Source of the DNA: Catajapyx aquilonaris | Lineage: Eukaryota | Reading direction: 5' to 3' | DNA: 43,643 bases | Assembly (NCBI GenBank): GCA_000934665.2 | Contig: JYFJ02003347.1 | Span: forward strand, 1-43,643 | Shown here: piece after piece, positions 13,201 to 24,320 of the stretch | Position numbering within the stretch: the stretch's first letter is position 1 | Layout: each line of letters opens with the position of its first letter | Notes under the pieces: generated by a model | What the model was told of the DNA's origin: nothing | The model's input: the letters and a program-made list of their open reading frames with translations, nothing else | The model's database searches: none | Program-made: the position numbers and the translations under genes

Positions 13201-16200
13201 ATTCCTGTTAATGCTTTTATCTTGTATGCTTATGATATGTTCAGTGTACATTGTTGGAAATTAATGGATAAGCACATGTATCGCCTCCTGGCGGAGCCTT
13301 TCCTTTGCTTCATGTAAAGGCTCTGCGAGGTGACTTGTGCTTATTCATTAATTTCCACCACTGTACTAATGACATTACTATCAGTCATTTTCATGAGGGT
13401 CTCTGACCCGCATCTTGGAGGTGTCTGGCAACCTAACCTCCTGGGGAACAGCGCATGACCCATTTAACGACATTGCACCTGCACCCATGTTCCCTCCCCA
13501 AAAAATTCATATCCTTACCTTATGTCCTTGATTCCTTGCCCCTGTGATTGAAGATAAACAAGTTTGAAAACTGATGGTGGTGTGCCACCCCCCAAATAGG
13601 GCATTGTTCTCTGGCACGGGGTATAAATAAATAAATAAATAAAATAAATAAAACAAATACTATCAGTCATTGCCAGATGTGACATATCACATTTTAAATT
13701 TTCATTATTTGGTTGCATTATTTTGCATGCTATGGATAGCTGTAATTTACAAACATTATACTAAATATGTGTTCTTAGTCATAATATTTTTCAAACATTT
13801 CAGGAGAATGGTGTGGATGCAATTCATCCTGGTTATGGCTTCCTATCAGAGAGGGCTGAATTTGCTCAAGCATGCATAGATGCAGGGATTACTTTTATTG
13901 GGCCCAGCCCTGAGGTGGTACAGAAGATGGGAGACAAAGTGATTGCCAGGCAGGCTGCAGTGGATGCTGAAGTTTGTACCGTTCCTGGAACAGATGGCCC
14001 AATCCTAGATGCAAAGGAGGCAATGGACTTTTGCTTAAAGTATGGTCTTCCTGTCATCTTCAAAGCAGCATATGGTGGTGGCGGGAGAGGAATGAGGGTC
14101 GTCCGGAATATGGAAGTAAGTAGTGCATAACATTGGCCTGATGAGCTGTTGGGAGAATGTTTTTAACTTGTGAAGCAGTATGATTCGTGATGAGACTCAA
14201 GCCTGAGCACTTGTACTTTAATGGTAGAACACGTACCATTTTGGTGCGGATCTGGGTTCGATTCCCAGCAAGAGCACAAGCCATATGGGTCTCCATGTCT
14301 GTGAGGGGAATGTATTGCTTCACTCTTCTACTTCCAGGATGTGGAAGAAAACTTCACCAGGGCAAGTTCAGAAGCTGCAGCAGCATTTGGAAATGGTGCA
14401 ATGTTCATTGAAAAGTTCATTGAAAGGCCTCGCCATATTGAGGTGCAGATTCTTGGAGACAAGGCTGGAAATGTGGTTCATCTTCATGAGAGGGACTGTT
14501 CAGTGCAAAGGAGACATCAAAAAGTGGTTGAGATTGCACCAGCTGCAAATCTTCCTGAAAAGGTAATTAGCCGTGACCTCAATTAAGTTGCAAAAGTCAT
14601 CTCACATGCGTGCTGCAAGAAGTAAATTTTACATTGTACTACAGATACGTGACAGTATGACATCAGATGCTGTCAGGCTTTGCAAGCAAGTTGGGTATGA
14701 AAATGCAGGAACTGTGGAATTCCTCATGGATGAGAAAGGAAACTACTACTTCATTGAGGTTAATGCCAGGCTTCAGGTGGAGCACACAGTGTCTGAGGAA
14801 ATCACAGGGTAAGGCAGCCATTATTATAATTATAAGTACGAATGTTACTCCTTCTTTTCTGTAGGATTGACTTGGTGCAAACCCAGATCAAGATAGCAGA
14901 AGGAATCACTCTTCCCGAATTGGGATTGCAGCAGGAAAATATCAAGGCAGATGGCTGTGCCATTCAATGCAGGGTGACAACAGAAGATCCTGCCAAGAAT
15001 TTCCAGCCTGACACTGGGAGAATTGAGGTGTGTGACACATTATTACAGGTCAGACTGAAAATGAACCCTCATTTTTTTTGTTGCCAGGTTTTCAGGAGTG
15101 GTGAAGGAATGGGTATCCGTTTGGATGGGGCATCTGCCTTTTCAGGAGCCATCATTTCACCATTTTATGATTCACTGCTGGTGAAAGTAATTGCCCATGC
15201 TCGTGACTTGCCCACATCTGCATCCAAGATGAGCAGGGCACTGAGAGAGTTTCGTGTTCGAGGGGTGAAGGTATGAATGCATAGTTTTTGGGTGCCTTGT
15301 GGCTGCAGATAATTAACTTTGTGCCTTTTTTCAGACCAATGTTCCATTTCTGTTGAATGTGTTAGAAAACACAAAGTTCCTCTCTGGGACAGTTGACACT
15401 AACTTCTTGGATGACCATCCAGAGCTGTTTCACTTTTTACCATCTCGGAACCGGGGGCAGAAACTGCTCAATTACATAGGCACCGTCCTTGTCAATGGAC
15501 CATCTACACCACTTTCAACGAAACTGAAACCGGCATACCTAGAACCTGTGATTCCAGAGACTCCAGCAGGTTGGTAAAAAAGAGTAGTGAGAACATATTG
15601 GCATTTTTAAGGCCCCTGATCTCCTATCAGTCAATCACAACAGATGTGGACTCATGCAAAGCAGTGCGATACTGCTAGTGGTATACAGTATTTTATTTTA
15701 TTTTATTTTTTTAAATTGTTACCCCGTGCTCGAGCCATTGCGGCTCGTTTTGGTGGGAGGGGAAAGGTTCCCAAGGGGGGGCATCCACAGTTTGTAGTCA
15801 CTCACGACTCTCTCAGATCACCAGACCTTTTCTCTGGCCCCGGGCAGCTAAGGGAGTGCAATGCTGCCCCGGCGTGTCAGGTGAAAAGCGGAAAAAGACC
15901 CGGCCAAGCAGAGGTGACGGGGACGGGATTTGAACTCCGGCCTCCCGCTTGGCTAGTCAGTGGCGTAACCACTAGACTACCACGCCTCCCTTTAGTGGTA
16001 CACAGTATTCAGTAGTATGTGATGATAATATTACCAATAGTGACAGAACCAGTAATATGCCAGTCTTTGGCTATCATATCTTGTCACTCACATATGTTGC
16101 TTATAATATTGATTCAAGTATAGAATGATTATGTCGCCAAAAAGTAAAGTTAGAAATAAAAGTAGCCTACGAAAAAATGTATATGTCTCGCAGACAAAAA

Positions 16201-19200
16201 AATTCAACTGTACTTGTACATTAACAGAAAAAAAATTTCGCCTGCGGCGGGCCCTGATTGCCCCCCCCCCCAACATATACCCTTCCCCCCCCCAGAAAAG
16301 TTCCTGGCTCCGCCACTGCTGCGTATTACTATGGAGGGGGCCCCGCGTACCTTTTTGCCCCAGGGCCCCCAAGAGTCTTGTTACGCCCCTGTCCCCCTCC
16401 CCTCTCCGACTCGAANGGGGGGGGGGGAGTAGTGATACATTTCTCCTTCACTTTCCTGGTAATACTTCAGAAAAGATTCCTGCATTGGAAATATTAGCAG
16501 ACCTAAATAAGACAATCTCAGGGATTAAATTGTAAATAAATTGGCAGAGCCAAAGCTCAGCAACCTGCGTGTGTTGCATGGGGCTACTAGCTGGTGGGGG
16601 GGGTAGGGTGTGGAGGTTTACATCTTATTAAGTTTTTAAATCATTTTTCTTTTGTGCAAGTTATTACTAGAACGTATGCTACACTATTGTGGACATTTGG
16701 GGTGGAGAGCTGACCCATTCTTTCTTCTGTCTCTTATTTAATCCCTAGATAACATGGATTAAGTTTCAGTCAAGTGGTAAGAGAATTGCTAACACTGAAA
16801 AATGAGCAGCTGGTTTCCACAAGATTCCCTCCTACTTGCAGTATTTTTTGTTTATGAAGGATTCAGATATGATTAATTTTCATCTCCTATATCTGTTATA
16901 CAGGGTGTTCCAAGTTCATGGGTTGTTTTTAGTTATCACTTATATCACTTGAAGTAGTAATTTTTGTGTAGCTTGTTGCACCCTTCTTCAGATTCCCCAT
17001 TACACCCGCTGGTTGAATGTACAGGTTGGACAAAATAACGGGGGGCCCTGCAAAAAGTGGGTGAATTTTCTCCTCCATTGTACTCGAAAACTGGAAAAGT
17101 TATAGAGATGGCTTTTACTGATTTTTGAAGAAAAGGTCTGGTGTATCTGAGAGAGTCGTGAGTGATTGTAAACCGAGGATGCCCCCCCTTGGGAACCTTC
17201 CCCTCCCCCCAAAACGAGCCGAATGGCTCGAGCAAGGGGTAATAATAATAATACCCATTTTTTGGATGTCACATTTTCATGTCATACGCATTTTTTGTGT
17301 GTTACAATATTATATTGTAACATACAAAATTGTATGTTGGTATTGTAACATACAACAAATGCGTACGACATGAAAATGTCACGTACAACAAATGCGTATG
17401 ACCATTAGCTCTTGGTATGACATGAAAATGTGACATCCAAAAATGGTTATGACTTATTGTGACATACAAAAATGCGTATGACAAAAATGTGACATGTGCG
17501 GTACATCCTGTATCACTGGTGCTTGGAAATCATTCTGCCACCATGAAAACATGACACATACGCTGGAGTAAATCCAGCGGCCTTTCCCCCCGTTGCGTTG
17601 GTATGTTGGACCTAGCCAAGCTCTGAACCACTCTGAACCTCCCTCCGGAACCGGGTTCAACTTCGGAGGCATTGGCCCGAACCAAACACCGGACAAAGCT
17701 GGCAAACTCCGGACCCGCTCCGACCTTGGCTCCACCCACCCCCAGAGCCGCCTCGAACCCGAACCAAGCTCCGACGCTCGCTCCGGAGTGGCTCCGATGT
17801 TATCAGGTTCATGGAGCAAGGGTTTGGTTCGGTTCACAACCCAGGTACCAGTGCCAAATATGATACTACTAAGTTAGTAGTAACTAGCAGTGGGACGAAA
17901 ATTCGACCCAAACTTGCTATACATTAGTTTGTCCAACCTCTTCTCAGATTTAGTGCTGGGGAAGGGGGGTGTCATTTATATTTTTCCCCCTGCTCCCTGT
18001 TGATAACTTTGGTCCATCTCTATACCAAACAAAGTGACATCAGTAGAGATTCAAAATCCAGTGAAGTTCATATTTGTACCTATTTTCATTTTCAAATGAA
18101 AAGGGTGGGACACTCTGGTCAAAAATGGGGTCTGGGGGTGTGTTGTTAGTCTTTTGCTTCTCCCCCTCCTCTTGTGATTTTTGTGTCATATTCATGTCTG
18201 TAAATGTACATCGACAGAGCTTCAAAAATCAGTAAAAGCCATCTCTGTAACATTTCTAGTTTTCGAGTACAATGGAGGAGAAAATTCACCTGCTTTTTGC
18301 AGGGCCCCCCGTTATTTTGTCCAACCCCTGCAGCAGTTGCTGTAGAATAGGGCACCTGGATCGGGGCGCAACAAGCCACAAAAAAATAACAGCTTCGGGT
18401 GAAATATCCTATAACTAAAAACTTGGAACATCCTGTATAAATTCATTGAAAGTAGTATCCCCATAACTCTTTTAGGCATTTAATTCAAACACAGTTTATT
18501 CATCAGCACACACTGTATGTATAGTTCCAATAACCTTGAGCTGGAAGAGATTATATAAAAATTGTCACCATGATTATTATCTTATGCATTCTGCTTCAAT
18601 TGTGAAGGGATTAATATTATTCATGCTTTACAAAACAACTATTTTCTTTAATTAGGTGTTTCTCCACCCAGTGGCTTACGTGATGTCTTCAAGCAAAAGG
18701 GTCCAGAGGAATTTGCCAAAGCTGTGCGACATCACAAGGGCCTCTTGCTGATGGACACTACTTTCCGAGATGCACATCAGTCACTCCTGGCCACAAGAGT
18801 GCGCTCACATGATCTCTTGGCTATCTCACCATTTGTGGCTCATAATTTCCACAACTTATACAGTCTTGAGAACTGGGGAGGAGCAACCTTTGATGTTGCT
18901 TTACGCTTTCTCCATGAATGTCCTTGGGAAAGACTAGAGGAGATGCGCCAACAAATACCCAACATTCCATTTCAAATGTTGTTGAGAGGCGCCAATGCCG
19001 TTGGTTACACTAACTATCCAGATAACGTTGTGTACAAGTTTTGTGACTTGGCTGTCAAATGTGGAATGGATATCTTCCGAGTGTTTGATTCTCTTAACTA
19101 CCTACCTAATCTGGTGCTTGGAATGGATGCAGCTGGAAAGGCAGGGGGTGTCGTTGAAGCTGCCATTTCTTATACTGGAGACATTTCAGACCCAACCAAG

Positions 19201-22119
19201 ACCAAGTATGACCTCAAGTATTACTTGAATCTGGCTGATGAGCTTGTGAAAGCTGGTACACATGTCCTCTGCATCAAGGTATGAACAGATATATTGAATG
19301 ATATAACAATGATCTACAATACAATGAAGTTCGATCAGAAAGTCTCAGTGGCATAATTGTAAACAAAATTGTTCAATTGTTCACTTGCCTGCTTGGTGCA
19401 GTGCATTGCATATGCATCATTGTTATTAATCCTTTGTCTCCGGCTTGATAATGCACTCGGGTGGGGGCAGCCCCCTGGTTCTTCCAGCCTCCAGGGCATT
19501 CGCAGACTAGGATTCGGATGGCTGGCAGTGGTAGATTCCTGTGGGGGTGCGCCAGCACCAAATTCCTGGTCTGGCAGAGACTTTTATATTAAACTACGGT
19601 ATCACAGGAGTGACAGGGGGCTGGGTGGGGGTTTAAAAATAATGCCCTAGGTGAAAATCACTGGATCTGGCACCATTGGTTTCGCTCTCGATTCATGCAC
19701 AAGAAGGGGCTGAAGCGTCTGAGACCTGCAAACCTGAGTTGGATCTTGAGAGAGCCATATACTGCCTCATATGCTATGCACAAGAAGGTGATGTCATCCT
19801 ATTGCAACATCTACACGATTTTTTTTGGTGGCTTCCACCCTCAAATAATCAAGATAATTCTATGTGATTGCCCAGACCCTCTGATGAATCGTGAAAACAT
19901 TAAGTGTCAGTTTAAAAAAATTTAAAGGTCCGATTTAAATGGAGGTGATGTGAGTCACCAGGTGCAAAAAAAAGGCGGCTCAGGTGGCAAGTGGGCTCCA
20001 CTTACTTGTTAGAGCTCGGAGCAGTCTGCCCGGCCAATTGGGAGTGAGGCCACTTTCACGGCCGCAATGGCACCGGGGGAGTTTGCCTACCCTTCACAGA
20101 TAGTTCTGATTTTTTCCCTGGCGAAAAGTAAGTCGCAGAATTTCAGGATTTTTAAAATGGTTTTCAGCTGCACGTCCACTTACCGGGAAATATGCGGCAG
20201 AGAGCTGTGTCTATTTAAATTCGTGCAGTAAGTGTTTGTTTACTATGAATGAGACCTTTGGCCTATGACGTCATGCCATTAAAAATATGTAAATACTCAT
20301 GAACATAGAAACTATAAACATTTCCTAATGACATGGTGAAAGAAATTTCCATGGGGTTATACCAGTGAATTAAAAAAATTATTTTGTTTGGTCGTATGAT
20401 CATACAACCAACATGGCCATGGGAGACAAAGGGTTAATCATACTTTAGTTTTAATGCTTGTCCAGCATTTTTTATGCCCAATACACTGCCAGATGAAAAG
20501 ATATTTAAATTAATTTGAAATGTTTCACAGCAGCAGCATATTAAAAATGCAACCTTGAGAGTGCCTTACCGGCAACTCATGTTCTTTATTTTGCAGGACA
20601 TGGCCGGCCTGCTGAAGCCTCGTGCCGCCAAGATGCTGGTGTCAGCACTACGTGACAAACATCCTGACATCCCCATACACATTCACACTCATGACACTGC
20701 TGGTGCTGGAGTGGCTGCCATGCTGAACTGTGCCGAGGCTGGAGCTGATGTAGTCGATGTGGCTGTAGACTCCATGTCTGGAATGACCTCACAACCCAGC
20801 ATGGGTGCTTTGGTTGCCAGTTTGCAGGGCACTGACTTGGACACAGGTGAGGCAAGTGTTTGAGTCTCTATACAGCACATAAATCATGATTATTTGCAGG
20901 CCTAGAATTGGACAAGATCAGCCAGTATTCTGCCTACTGGGAGCAGACTCGCACAGTATATGCTCCATTTGAGTGTGCCACCACCATGAAATCCGGAAAT
21001 GCTGATGTCTACCTGAATGAGATTCCTGGTGGTCAATATACTAATCTTCAGTTCCAGGCATATTCCTTGGGACTGGGTGACCAGTTTGAACAAATCAAGG
21101 CAGCCTACAGGGAAGCCAATCTTCTCTTGGGCGACTTGATCAAAGTGACCCCATCCTCAAAGGTGGTGGGAGACCTGGCACAGTTCATGGTCCAGAACAA
21201 GCTGAAGGCTGAAGATGTGTTGGCAAAGGCTGAAGAGCTCAGCTTCCCAAAGTCTGTGGTGGAGTTCATGCAGGGATGTGTTGGAGAACCATATGGCGGC
21301 TTTCCTGAGCCACTACGATCGAAGATCCTGAAAGATGTGCCTCGAATTGAAGGCAGGCCTGGAGCCTCTCTCTCCCCACTTGACTTTGATAAGTTGATGT
21401 CTGAACTGAAGGAGAAGCATCGCAACCAGCAGATCAATGATGTGGACTTGATGAGTGCAGCTTTGTACCCAAGTGTTACCAGTGACTTTTTGGACTTCCG
21501 CAAGAAGTTTGGGCCTGTAGACAAGCTCCCAACTCGGCAATTCCTTATTGGACCCAAGGTTGGGGAGGAGTTTGAGGTTGCAATTGAGCGAGGCAAGACT
21601 TTGCACATCAAGACTTTGGCTGTTGCAGAAGATCTGAATGCAAATGGCGAGAGGGAAGTGTTCTTTGAGCTGAATGGTCAGTTGCGTTCTGTCCTGATCA
21701 AGGACAAGGAAGGTATTAAGGTGAGCAAAATGTTATGTTACTAAAATGCCATCTCTAAATAAGAACTTGTTACCTAAAACTGCTGCAGAGGATGAAGGTT
21801 TGTACTTTCATGTTATCATGGTGGGGCTTGGTTTCATTTATCTTGACCTCCACAGGAACTTCACATTCATCCCAAGGCAGACAAGAAGGTGAAGGGCTCA
21901 GTTGGAGCACCAATGCCTGGAAGCGTGATTGAAGTATGTGTGAAAGTAGGGGACCATGTGGAGAAGGGCACACCATTGGTAGTGCTGAGTGCAATGAAGA
22001 TGGAAATGGTTGTCCAGGCACCAATTGGAGGCATCGTCAAGTCCGTTGATGTCCAAAATGGAACAAAACTGGAAGGCGATGATCTGCTGATGACCATCGA
22101 AGATGAGACCAAGAATTGA
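7299..22119 (+). CDS. PC: Pyruvate carboxylase, mitochondrial; 12 coding exons: join(7299..7422,7624..7808,13804..14115,14338..14562,14645..14808,14865..15027,15088..15270,15335..15569,18656..19278,20597..20846,20900..21720,21856..22119)
   Basis: All introns GT-AG and phases consistent; total 3549 nt = 1182 aa + TGA. Biotin carboxylase motifs ([59 protein letters not shown]), carboxyltransferase motifs ([33 protein letters not shown]) and biotin carrier AMKM. The basic N-terminus lacking acidic residues resembles a mitochondrial presequence. Confidence 0.97.
7910..8310. mobile_element. pogo/Tigger-like MITE
   Basis: TA-CACTGTACTCCCGATTAT ... ATAATTGGGAGTAGTG-TA imperfect TIRs; internal segment similar to 17850-17915. 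Confidence 0.55.
9100..9846. mobile_element. Tc1/mariner-type MITE with long TIRs, interrupted by a SINE
   Basis: TA-CAGGGTGGTCCAACTTCAAGTGTCGTTTTATAA ... TTATAAAACGACACTTGAAGTTGGACCACCCTG-TA; the rest of the right arm lies at 9377-9465. Confidence 0.85.
9466..9807 (-). mobile_element. tRNA-derived SINE
   Basis: Head GGGAGGCGAAGTGGCGCAACGGT...GGTTCGATCCC, (TTA)n tail, degenerate TSD TAGCC[G/A]TTAT. Confidence 0.8.
9855..10215 (+). mobile_element. Mariner-type deletion derivative (MITE) retaining the transposase C-terminus
   Basis: TIRs of about 85 bp (CAG[A/G]GTGATTCTCTCGAATGGAAACCC). Internal [20 protein letters not shown] resembles the R..CI..GGHFE.LL* end of mariner-like transposases. 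Confidence 0.8.
10222..11134. mobile_element. Mariner-like element made of two inverted 5' halves
   Basis: Long TIRs (GCAAAATGTATGACATGATTTGAATCAC...). Both arms carry decayed N-terminal transposase sequence ([28 protein letters not shown]). Confidence 0.8.
11360..11860 (+). mobile_element. PIF1-type helicase relic, probably from a Helitron/Helentron
   Basis: Decayed motifs [54 protein letters not shown] and EYNRLR, with frameshifts and stops. Confidence 0.8.
12156..12892. mobile_element. MITE with TIRs of about 200 bp, piggyBac-like CCC ends
   Basis: 12156-12355 is the inverted copy of 12695-12892 (CCCTCAAAAACGCACTCGTAA...); the right flank TTGA may be a degenerate TTAA. Confidence 0.75.
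13249..13363. mobile_element. Small hairpin Tc1-like MITE
   Basis: TA-CATTGTTGGAAATTAATGGATAAGCAC ... GTGCTTATTCATTAATTTCCACCACTG-TA; nearly fully self-complementary. Confidence 0.7.
13390..13657 (+). mobile_element. 5'-truncated retroposon (SINE or LINE tail)
   Basis: 14-bp TSD TACTATCAGTCATT (13376-13389 and 13658-13671); tail CCCCCAAA...CACGGGGTA(TAAA)n. Confidence 0.75.
14207..14276 (+). pseudogene. tRNA-like sequence (pseudogene or SINE head) in a PC intron
   Basis: GCACTTG/CAAGAGC acceptor stem, AATGGTAGAA D-loop, CTGGGTTCGATTCCCAG T arm; non-canonical anticodon loop; similar to 1075-1154. Confidence 0.55.
15691..15990 (-). mobile_element. Full-length tRNA-derived SINE
   Basis: Head GGGAGGCGTGGTAGTCTAGTGG...GAGTTCAAATCCC, A-rich tail, 15-bp TSD TAGTGGTA[T/C]ACAGTA. 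A truncated copy lies on the + strand at 17130-17253. Confidence 0.85.
16230..16390 (-). mobile_element. hAT-like MITE end fragments
   Basis: Reverse-strand ends CAGTGGCGGAGCCAGGAA (16318) and CAGGGGCGTAAC (16390). Confidence 0.45.
16901..18435. mobile_element. Tc1/mariner-type MITE with long TIRs and nested insertions
   Basis: TA-CAGGGTGTTCCAAGTT ... AACTTGGAACATCCTG-TA; 17021-17130 inverted to 18220-18330. Contains a SINE fragment (17130-17253), a palindromic TGACAT-rich block (17254-17500) and a GAACC-repeat hAT-like end (17610-17845). Confidence 0.75.
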
Positions 22120-24161
22120 GATGGAAAAAGTTTGATGCACTGGGTGCTTATCTGGGAGTGTTGATTTATATAGAATGTTTACGATTGTTTGGAAAAGACC
22201 ACTCTCCAATAGTTACCACCTGCAAGTGTGGTCAGCTGTGTTGGGCAAGTGCAATGGTGGTAGGAGGGAGAATTCTCGTTAAATTTGCCAGCAAATATTA
22301 AAGCATCGTTGTTTTGGAGATCACAATATTGATCATTTCACTTGTTATTGCATATGCAAATTAATGCGCCTCCAAAATAGTGCAATTTGTTGTAATTACT
22401 TGTTAATGAATTTTGATGCCATTTAGCTGTACAGAATCATAACATGGGGAATTTTGGAATCAACTGATTCATTGGTGATATAGCCTTCCATCTAGTTTTT
22501 GGGTTTATTGGGCTTTCAAGCTTTGGGTGATTGACAATAAGTGAATCTATGACTTGACTAGTGGATGACTTAAACCACTGCCAACTACCATTGTACATAT
22601 TGGTTGGTAGGTTGTGCCTATAAACCAAGTTTTGTGCCACTTAATATGTAAGTTCTCAAAGGTTTTGCTCTAGTCTTGTGGCTCAGAATCTGTGATTCCA
22701 ATTGAGATATGGCAGTGGGTCACTTAATGTGTTAATGTTACTGAAGCAGAGTCTTAGGGTTGACCCTACTGAATATGCAGAAGCATCAGCTTTTACGCAT
22801 TATGCATTCCCATTTGTCAATCACAGTATTCTTTCACCTCGAGAGTACTCGAGTGTCATACTTGGGGCTTCCAGATTATACAAATCATAGTTTAAAAAGA
22901 GAAGTATCTTGCAGTATGTGAAAGAGTGGTTGTATTCTCCCCGTAAGATGCCACGTATGAGTAAGATTACATATAATAACAGCATGTATTGCAACAAAGT
23001 GTTGGATGCCGCTAGCATGGCTCAGCATTGTCTTCCATTAGACAGTAAATGATGTTAACAGATACTGTGTAATTAATTTTCCTCTTCATCATTTCTTGCA
23101 GTAGGTGTTGCTTACATGGATCACAAAGAGCCTATTTGAAGGGGTGTAAAGCAAAACTGCAGGGTGATTCACTAGGCCATTAACCCAGGTAAATGTGCAT
23201 AGTTTTCCAAGTAATATATGCAAACAGATAGATAGAACATCGAAACTACTATTTCAACCATTAATAAAGTGATGCTGCACAGGACTTTTGACAGCTGGGA
23301 GTGGTGCATTAGGTTGAATCCTAACTCACACAGAACACAAGCATTTTCCTTGACATCTGCACTCCTTACCTCCAAGCTTCAGGGAAGCAGGGGCCAACCG
23401 GCCAAGATATCCTTCTGGCTTTCTGGGACGATGCTGACGAATCGGTACGGTCAGCTTTTCGAGACAAATTATTATCAGACACATTTCAGTTCACCAACAT
23501 TGATCGTGTCATAAGGAAAGATGCATTTAGCCAGGACGAGAAAGACTGGAAGGGTATGATGAACAAGCAGAGTGACAGTACCCCCCTATCATTGGAAGTG
23601 CTAAATCTGAGGGGTCCTGGCAGCATAGCAATGACCAATGATGACCAGCTTATTAATTCGTTTTCTGAGCTCATTGCGTACCATCATACACACACACTGA
23701 AGCGCTTAGAACAAAAGTGGCCCAAGTCTAAAAAATGCAATTTTCGAGATAGGATTGCCATCACATTCGGAGAACTACTCCAAGTTGGTAAAAAAAAATT
23801 GTATAAATCCTAAGTTGGATATTTGGGCAGTAAATGACAAACGTCATTTATGCTCCAAGGAGAGTTGCCTACCCCTTGGAGCAATCCTGGTGTAAGTCCC
23901 ATACCAGCTGTTAAAGATGGCAGACGAAGATCCAAGTGATATTTCTGGGGGCACCTCTATGGACAAAATAATATTGTGTATGACAAATAATAAGTGTGTC
24001 GCTGTCAGTTTTGCCATTTTGAAAATTATGTCGTGAATTTGCGAATTTTAAATATTTGCTGAAAATTTCCTTCTCTTAAATTTTTTATTGAAATTACCGT
24101 AGTTTTTACTAAAATCATTTTTGTTAAAATTGAGGAATGATCAAAGGAAATTTTATAAATA

Positions 24162-24320
24162 CAGTTGAGAGCAGATATAACGGCCTCGGCTATAACGGAC
24201 TCGAAAGGACGGTCACGGCATATTTCCATAATTATGGCTTGTGTATTCGGCTATAACAGACCTCGGTTATACGAGTAACAAGACTGATTTCCGCGGTCCC
24301 TTGAAGTCTATTATATCCGT
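24162..24320. mobile_element. Tigger/pogo-like MITE, partial
   Basis: TA-CAGTTGA..GATATAAC end; reverse-orientation relative of 26606-26784. Confidence 0.6.

Noticed and set aside
17254..17850. CRISPR-like short repeats
   Set aside because: Eukaryotic context and irregular spacing; these are transposon subterminal repeats.
21105..21611. 168-aa antisense ORF and other ORFs overlapping PC and UHRF1 exons
   Set aside because: Shadow frames of real coding exons with no independent support.
22117..22170. PC stop-codon readthrough
   Set aside because: TGA-G context is not a leaky motif and the extension has no recognisable signal.
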